A stretch of 43,625 bases of DNA from the NCBI GenBank assembly GCA_943704425.1, contig CALSCP010002090.1, positions 1 to 43,625 of the forward strand. The letters are read 5' to 3'. Shown here piece by piece: positions 36,142-43,625 of this stretch (its first letter is position 1; each line of letters opens with the position of its first letter). Source of the DNA: Ministeria vibrans ATCC 50519 (lineage: Eukaryota; Protista; Filasterea). The notes beneath the pieces were generated by a model. That model was not told the DNA's origin. It did not search any database and saw only the letters and a program-made list of their open reading frames with translations. The position numbers and the translations under genes are program-made.

Positions 36142-37471
36142 CTACTTTATTGAGTGATACGACGTGCGCTTCCACAGGACGGCGGCACCCACAAAGATGA
36201 TGGCCAGGCCCACGGCGACAACAATGCCAACAATGGTGCCAGCCGACGACTTGTGGTGTTGCGGAGATGGAGGATGGGGCGGGGAGGCCGGGTTGACGAA
36301 GGGCGCACAGGGGATTGTGTTGATGAACATGCGCGACTGCAACAGCAACAATAATAATAAAAATTATTAAGAATTAGAATAATAATACGAATCAGAATAA
36401 TAATAAGAATCAGAATAATAAAAAGAATCAGAATAATAAAAAGAATCAGAATAATAATAATAATAATAATAGTAATAATAACAGCAGTCTGTCAGCTATT
36501 AAATGTGTTGTAACTCTCTCTCTCTATTAATATTAGTACTCAATCTGAGCGACTCAGTTGTGATGGCATTGATTTCCTTACGTGAAGGGTGGGGCTATCA
36601 AAGGAACCGTTAAAGGCTGTACAGTTGTTCAGTGGACCCACAAACGTGTCGGTGGGTGTTCCAGTGCAGTTTGAAGTGTGGTATGCGTCGTAGGAGACGG
36701 TGTCGCCTGCCAACGAGAGTGTGTGCTAATGCAAAGAAAATGAAAACCCCCGCAAAATTAGAATGAGACTTCTTGTGTGGTCATCACGTACAGAAAAGAC
36801 GGCGCCCGTGACACACTGAGTTGCGTTTTGACGAAGCAGCGTCATGACGTAGAAGTAGTCGGTGGACGATGCGGGAGTGGACTCGGTGAAGCCACATCCG
36901 GCGCCTGCGGTGATCGTCGCCAGTGTGTCCGCTGCAATGGTAGGCACCTGTGCTGCGGTTTGCGACAAGGCGCAGCCGGTGACGGTAAGGAGCTGAGCGA
37001 CGCCGTCGAAAGCACTGAATTCGCAATGTTCGAGAGCAATCGTCGAATTGAACAGGCACAAAAGGTTTCCGACCGGTGTGCACGGCGGCTGGCTTCCATC
37101 GAGACAGGAGCAGGCCCATTCAATGCGATATTCACCAGGGGACACTCCAGGCGCCATTCTGTAGCTTGAATCGGCTGTGGGATGGAAACGCGAAGGGATT
37201 TTACGGTGATCGTTTGCGCGACAACAAACGCTCTCTCTCTCTCTCTCTGGCACTTACCTCGCGGCGGTACAGGCTCCCATCGCGCAGAGTCTGTGACACG
37301 AGTGGTTTCCACACTTGAAAAAGCAGTGGCCGACAGGGGCGATGGAGGACAGGCAGTGGGGATGGAAGCCTTGGCATTGTGGTACAAGTTCAAGTAAAAG
37401 TACGATGCAGCCGCAGGTTGCGCCATCGCCACGACCAGCGCCACCCCAACAACTACAACTGGAAACTGCAT
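36142..37471 (-). CDS. Cys-containing type I membrane glycoprotein of unknown family, with C-terminal YxxPhi motif
   Basis: Exons 37471-37258, 37174-36792, 36725-36582, 36336-36142 are frame-consistent. Signal peptide, N-glycosylation sequons, Pro-rich stalk, TM IVGIVVAVGLAIIFVGAAVLW, tail KRTSYHSIK. Confidence 0.72.
36350..36481. repeat. (AAT)n plus tandem AAGAATCAGAATAAT units in an intron
   Basis: Directly visible; 3-4 units of about 18 bp. Confidence 0.85.
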
Positions 37472-37777
37472 GAGTAGTATCGATACAAAAAAATTATTAG
37501 TATTAGAACAATAGTCAATATAATTTTATATGAAAGCGTTAAGTTTATTCATTTTCGCTCTGATACTAAAAAAAAGTTTAAAGGGATTGGTATTATTCAC
37601 ACACACACATATATATATATATTCAAGTTAACATATCTCTCCCCCTATCGGATCATAAATAAATGGGTCCGTTTTCTTTTCTTCTACTACTAATTAATAA
37701 GAAGAAGAAATATACAGTGAGGATTGTAGAATGAAGAGTAATGATGAATCTAATAAAAGGTATTATTAAAATTATTT

Positions 37778-39127
37778 TTATATCCTACAATACTCTGGCG
37801 TCGCCATGTCATACTCACGCTGAAAGACTGTCGACGCATGATCAGCGACAAAAGCAATGACAAGACGCAAGTGCTTTTGGAGCAGCGCAGACGCTTCTAC
37901 AACAAACAAAAAAAAAAAAAGTTCGATTCCTAATCCTTTTGCAGTTTGTTTCGTACCTGGAGCCATTGTAAGAGAGGAGAGAAGCGAAGGAAACTTGACA
38001 AAGAGACGCACCAGATGCTCCGCGCCATAAATCTCCGACACCGTCTTGTCGCCCAATCGCTATACACCGCACCGTCAAACACTCGCACAAACACACACAC
38101 AGACACACACACACACACACAGACACACACATACTCACACATACACACAAGAGAATAAAAGTCAATGAATGGGTACCTTGAGGATTTCACCATACTGTGG
38201 CCGCTCAAAGTGGTAGAGGAGCATAACACCAAGGGCACGATCAAAGTAGACGCGGATGCCTTCAACGGTCTCCGCTAGAATGTCCATCTCGAGCGCATCG
38301 ACCGCTGTCACGCCGTCTGCCGATGCCTTTACACTTGCCACGTAGTCGTTGAGAATATCTGCAACGCTGGGTGTGCGAGGAAGCGACACGAGCTACAAAT
38401 ACACAGAGAGAAAGATCGAAAGAGGAGCAAGTTAGCAATGGAAAACAAACCCAAACGGATTCTCGGTTGAACTAACTCGCTTTTCGCGCGTGATAAAGTC
38501 CCAATCATCGACAAGTTGTCGTTTAAGAATGTCGGGAAGAGGGATTGAAATGGACACTTGCAGGAAGTCGTCTTCGCTCTTGCGCTTGCGGCTGCCCGAC
38601 GATCGAGAGGTGCCTACACACAAAAGGTCTCAGTACACAAAGGAACCCGCCATATACACTTACTCTCTTTCGCCGATGTGCTTGGGGTGTTTGCGGTGGT
38701 AGTAGTAGTGGTCGTGGTGCTTGCCGAAGCAGCCGCCGCCTTCTTTTTCGGTTCCGCTTTCTACACAACGAAGAAAAAAAAAATGTGTCAAAACATCGTT
38801 CGTCGTTTCTTCTTTGTCCAACACTCACCGACTTCTGATCCTGTTTCAACTGACTCTGCTTCCGCCGCGTCTCTTCCGTGTTCTTCTCCAACCGCGAGCC
38901 GCTAACCCACTCGTCCCACCTACGACACCGCCGCACGACGGACGATTGTGCTGAGCGACAGACGACAGACAGTGCAATTCACTTCTTACTTCACTCCCCA
39001 TCCTTTGTAGTGCACGTAATACATCGGCTCCGTGATCTTTGTTGACTCGTTGCGACGAACCGCCACCTACGCGACGCGGAGAGACCAACGCGAGTTTCAC
39101 AATGTTTCTTCATCGGTTGAAAACGCG

Positions 39128-39165
<38 letters not shown>

Positions 39166-39356
39166 ATGTGTTGCTCTTGCTGAGCCACTGGCGGGGGAAG
39201 CAGGCCCAGATCACACCCCTTCAACGTACCTCAAGACACTTTGCTTCGTACAGGACGGGCCCGTGGTACGCAAGAACCTAGAGGGAACGGTTTACAGCCG
39301 AGACACTCGATCAGAGAACTTCGTACCACTTCGCCGACTTCGTAGGCAAACGACAT
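37778..39356 (-). CDS. MORF4L1: MRG15/Eaf3 chromo-barrel + MRG domain protein (multi-exon)
   Basis: VLAYHGPVLYEAKCL, YYVHYKGW..KWDEWV, LKRQLVDDWDFIT, YFDRALGVMLLYHFERPQY and YGAEHLVRLFVKFP on successive GT-AG exons. Confidence 0.92.
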
Positions 39357-39611
39357 GGGAAATGGGTGGTGTGAGAAACGTGCCCAAAGAGTGTGTGAAG
39401 ACTGCAAAGGTGCAAAACTTAAAGTGAAAGTGGAACTGGTCAAGGTCAACTCACAACTGGAAGTGACTCAACTCAACTCAGCTCACTCTCAAGTTGGAGA
39501 GACAAAAGTTGAAAATCAAATCAAATCAAATCAAAATCAAAAATCAATTATCAATCACTTTTAATTTTTTCATTCACACTCAAACCCCACTCTTACATTA
39601 TACATACAACC
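39357..39611. promoter_or_regulatory. Bidirectional promoter MRG15/importin-alpha with (A)AATCA tandem repeats
   Basis: Divergent ATGs about 255 bp apart; AAATCAAATCAAATCAAATCAAAATCAAAAATC at about 39513-39545. Confidence 0.55.
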
Positions 39612-41734
39612 ATGCCTCCTGCTCAAGACCGCCTGAAGGAATACAAATCAAAAGGAGCCGACAACGAGGTAGAAATAAAAAAAACGAAAATATTTTCAAA
39701 TCAGAGCTGCTCAACGCCCAAGCGTCTCTTCTCCTACACCTCCATCGCTATACCCTTTAATATGCTACTATAATATTGTTTATGCCGCTGGAGCGGCAAA
39801 TACAAGCCTAAAAGCTCTTGACGGAGATGTGACAAACTTTTGGCAAACTTTTCGTTTTTTTTTTTGAAACGTTTGTCGACGATCGCATCGAATCTCAGGC
39901 TATTTTGCCCTTCTATAGCACAAAAAATACACCATGGCGTGCCATGGCTGCATTCACTGCGATCCGAATTGTGTTCGCAATTGAGTTTTTGTTTTTTTTT
40001 CGAGATGTGATGACGAATGAATAATATTAGAAAAAAATCAAACTTGTTTGCGATGCATCTGTATTCTTCTCACCTTCACTATGTGTGTCTCTCTTTAGGA
40101 AAGCCGTCGTCGTCGCAATGAAATGACAGTTGAGCTGCGCAAGAACAGGGTACGAATTCGGTGGTTGCCACATGAACAACATTACACGACAACTCACACG
40201 AAACGTATTTTTGTAGCGCGATGAACAACTGTCGAAGCGCCGCAACATGCGCCTTGAAGAGGTTGATCAAGAGAACAGCAAGGCGGGAACGGACGCGAAC
40301 GCGGCTGCTGCGCCTCAGATTAGCAACTTGCCACAGTTTGTGCAGATGATGAATAGTGCCCAATCTGACGAGCGCTTCCGCGGCGTGCAGTCGATCCGTC
40401 AGCTTCTCAGCAAGGCCAAGTCGCCGCCAATCGACGAAGTCATTGCCAGCGGCTGTGTGCCGCGTCTGGTCGAATACCTCAGTGCCTTTGAGAATCCCAC
40501 TCTGCAGTTCGAGTCGGCCTGGGCCCTCACCAACATCTCGTCGGGCACCACCGAGCACACCAAGTATGTGGTGGACATGGGCGCTGTGCCCATCTTCATT
40601 CAGCTTCTCTCTCAGGCGGGCTCCTCAGAGACACGCGAGCAGGCCTCGTGGGCCCTTGGCAACATCTGTGGTGATGGGCCGCACTACCGCGATCTTTGCA
40701 TCAACTCCAAAGTCATCTCGGGTCTGTTCCAGCTGCTTAACGACTGCCACCAGACACTGTCGATTGTGCGCAACTGCACATGGACCATGTCCAACCTGTG
40801 CCGCGGCAAGAAGCCCTACCCGGCGGTCGCCGCGGTGCTCGAGCTTGTCCCTGCGCTGGCCATGTTGCTCACCCACGACGACACTGAGGTGCTCACGGAT
40901 GCACTGTGGGCGCTGAGCTACGCGACGGACGGCGCAAGCGAACAGATTGAGGCAGTGCTGCAGCAGACGGGCACGGCGGCGCGTATTGCCGAGCTGTGCC
41001 AGCACCCGCAGTCGTGTGTGGTCATGCCGGCACTGCGCACCTGTGGCAACATTGTGACCGGCACGGACACGCAGACGCAGGCCATGATCGACGCGGGTCT
41101 CATCAACATCATTGGAACAATTCTCAGCAACCCCACGGCGCGCGACAACCTGCGCAAGGAGGCTGCGTGGGCCCTGAGCAACGTCACGGCCGGCACGCAA
41201 TCACAGATCCAACAGGTCATCGACAGCAATTTGGTGCCGCCGCTGCTGCACGTGCTCTCCACAGGCGACTTTAAGACGCGCAAGGAGAGCGCCTGGGCCG
41301 TTTGCAACGCTATCTCAGGCGGCACTCCCGAGCAGCTGTCGTACTTTGTCTCGCAGGGCTGCATCAAACCCCTCTGCGAAATGCTCACGCTCAATGACGC
41401 ACGCATCATCACAGTTGTCCTCGAGAGCCTCACACACCTGCTCAAGGAGGGCGAGAAGGACCCCTCCGGCGAAAACCCCATTTGCACTTTCATCGAGAAT
41501 GCGGACGGTCTCGACGCCATTGAGCAGCTGCAAGAGCACGACAATGACGACATCTACCGCAAGAGCATGACGATCATCGAGAAGTTCTTTGGTGCCAACG
41601 AAGACATCCTCGAATCTCTCGAGCCCTCGGGTGTCTCTGCCTCGGGCGTCGTTCCCACCTGCGGACCCATTCAGCCGCTCTCTGCCTTCACCTTCACTGC
41701 TCCCGCTCCCTCTGCCTCTGGTTTCTCCTTCTAG
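39612..41734 (+). CDS. KPNA: Importin subunit alpha (karyopherin alpha)
   Basis: Exons 39612-39668, 40099-40149, 40217-41734. IBB domain RRRRNEMTVELRKNRRDEQLSKRRN. ARM repeats QFESAWALTNI, EQASWALGNI, KEAAWALSNV. Ends in FSF. Confidence 0.96.
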
Positions 41735-41915
41735 ATATTTTCACACTTTTACTTCTGCCTCCTCCTCTGTACGAAATGCGCTTCTTTGCTTTGTTTTCAA
41801 ATGAAAATATCTTTCTTTTTCTATTTCTTCGACGAAGACACGAATACTAAGGCTTCAAATTAATGACAATAATAAATTTATTATGAATGTTGTATAATAA
41901 TACGTCTTAATGGGA

Positions 41916-43427
41916 TTAGAACGCGGCTGAGAGATACTTTTTGATGAGACGGGGCAAAATGGCATAACTCATATCGTAGAGCTGGTTGTCAGAGGGAGGT
42001 GCAATGGCGTAGAGACGTGCGAGGAGAGACGGGCTGGACTTGAGAGAGGAGTACTGGGAGGCGCGGAAGTACTGGAAAGAGGCAATTTTGTAGCGCAGTT
42101 GGAAGAGTTTAGTCATGTTGATGGAGTCGAGGCCGTTGATGGGGCGCGAGGAGGCCATCTCGTTGATGAAAGTGAGGTCTTGCAGGTAGAGCGAGAGCAG
42201 CGGGATGGTTGGGAGGCGGCCGTGCAGGCGACGCAGCTCGGCACGGTAACACCGGAAGTTGTGCGCCGGGTCAACAAGTCCTTCCAACTCGTGCAAGTGT
42301 CGCAGTGTCCGCCCCGAGACGACCGTCCAGACCTCTTTAAGGCGCACCAGTGCTCCGTGGTTCAGTCCCTATGTGGTCGAGAAGAGATGGAGAAAGGAAA
42401 AGATAGAGAAAGGGAGAGATAGAGAAAGGAAGAGAGAAAGAAAGAGAGAGAAAGAGAGAAAGTGATAGGGAAAGGAAGAGATAGAGAAAGGAAGAGAGAA
42501 AGAAAGAGAGAGAAAGAGAGAAGGTGATAGAGGGAGGTAGAGAGGAAAATAAAGAAAGAGATACGAAAGAGCATGTTATAGGGTACAACTCCGGTACAAC
42601 ATCGAAGAGTAGAGTCGTACCGACACAATGGCAAAAACGCCCCAGTAATCGTGCAACTGTCGTGATTTCTGTGCCACATGTACAAATTTCATAATCAACT
42701 TGGCAGCGCCCGCATTGAGACGCTTTGTGTCCTCTGCCATACACAAAGACAAAAAAAAACTTACAGTCAGAAATCCCATTGTCTCTCCCTTTTTAGCGTT
42801 TGTACTTGCGGTGGGCGATGCGTCCGCAGGTGCTGCGGCAACCAGAACCATTCCGGCGACCCACCGTGACAGCGTGTTGAACCAGTCGATGGTGCGCATG
42901 ATGTTGATCTGTGCGTGCCACAGCGAATCACTGCCCGTGAGAAACACAATAAACTCGTGCGGTTCAATCTGATGGAGCAGTTCGCTGTGGATCAGTGCAA
43001 GCTGGTCGGCCAGCGCACGTGCACGCACACCATCCAGCGCACCATGCATTGCCTCCCACATGCCCACCGCCTTGTCGTCTCTTGCTGATGACAAGAGGGT
43101 CCCAGCAGAGGCAGATGCAGATGCAGCAGCAGCAGCAGAGGAGCCAAACGACGATCGTCGTCCTTCCGGCGTGTGGTTGACTCCGTGCCGTGTAGCGTGT
43201 GTCACAATATCCCGCAGTTGTGCCTCGTACCGCACGCGCTCGCGTCCCAGTGTCTCGTCCATGGTCGCCGACAGCGCGTGCAGCTGTCGCGCGGCACATT
43301 TCTCCCGTAGTGCATTGAGCGGGCCCATCATTGCCTCGTTCTGTCCTCCTGACGTTGCAAAGTCAAAGTAGTTTTGACGAATCCACTTTGATAAAAATAT
43401 CATCACTCGCGTTTGAATTACTCCAGC
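41916..43427 (-). CDS. RasGEF (REM + CDC25 domain), 3' part; 5' exons lie right of the window
   Basis: RVMIFLSKWIRQNYFDF, LADQLALIHSELLHQIEPHEF, FNTLSRWV, GLNHGALVRLKEVW, NFRCYR, PTIPLLSLYLQDLTFINE. Probable introns 42805-42734 and about 42620-42369. Confidence 0.88.
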
Positions 43428-43451
43428 CTAAAACCGAAAAGAAGGAACGAC

Positions 43452-43535
43452 AATAATTATATTATTACTAATTATTTATTATAATTATTATTATTATTAT
43501 TATTATCATTATTATTATTATTATTATTATTATCA

Positions 43536-43625
<90 letters not shown>
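43452..43625. repeat. (ATT)n microsatellite in a RasGEF intron
   Basis: Directly visible. Confidence 0.95.

Noticed and set aside
1-43625. Alternative genetic code, U12 introns, transposase/RT genes, tRNA/rRNA genes
   Set aside because: All reconstructed genes translate with the standard code and use all three stop codons; no RTATCCTT donors, mobile-element ORFs or cloverleafs were noticed.

Overview
Gene-dense, intron-containing eukaryotic nuclear DNA with GC-rich exons and microsatellite/poly(dA:dT)-rich introns and spacers, plus a few N gaps. It most likely comes from a unicellular holozoan (inference from a KIBRA homologue, a TBC1D2-like gene, a PH-Btk protein, gp210, and a G-alpha-i/o with animal-like intron positions). 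I reconstructed 16 protein-coding genes by hand-splicing: MFS transporter (5' part), BAZ1A/ACF1-like with 8 PHD fingers, NUP210, RPS29, RPL4, small ankyrin protein, G-alpha-i/o, double-hotdog thioesterase ending in SKL, mini-KIBRA, dynein intermediate chain, PH-Btk-PTB adaptor, TBC1D2-like Rab-GAP, type I membrane protein, MRG15, importin-alpha, and RasGEF (3' part). Five gene pairs are head-to-head on very short promoters. The most striking anomaly is that the G-alpha gene has no G-alpha first exon. The phase-compatible exon in that position instead resembles the N-terminus of BRK1/HSPC300, and the rest of BRK1 is not in the window. This suggests trans-splicing, exon swapping or a misassembly. 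Other leads are a structured, possibly rRNA-mimicking RNA in the RPL4 5'UTR intron, telomeric repeats at an intron branch point, a GC-AG intron, and a dispersed TATCACTTTGTTTC/(TC)n repeat family. All homology calls are from recognised motifs; no database searches were run.
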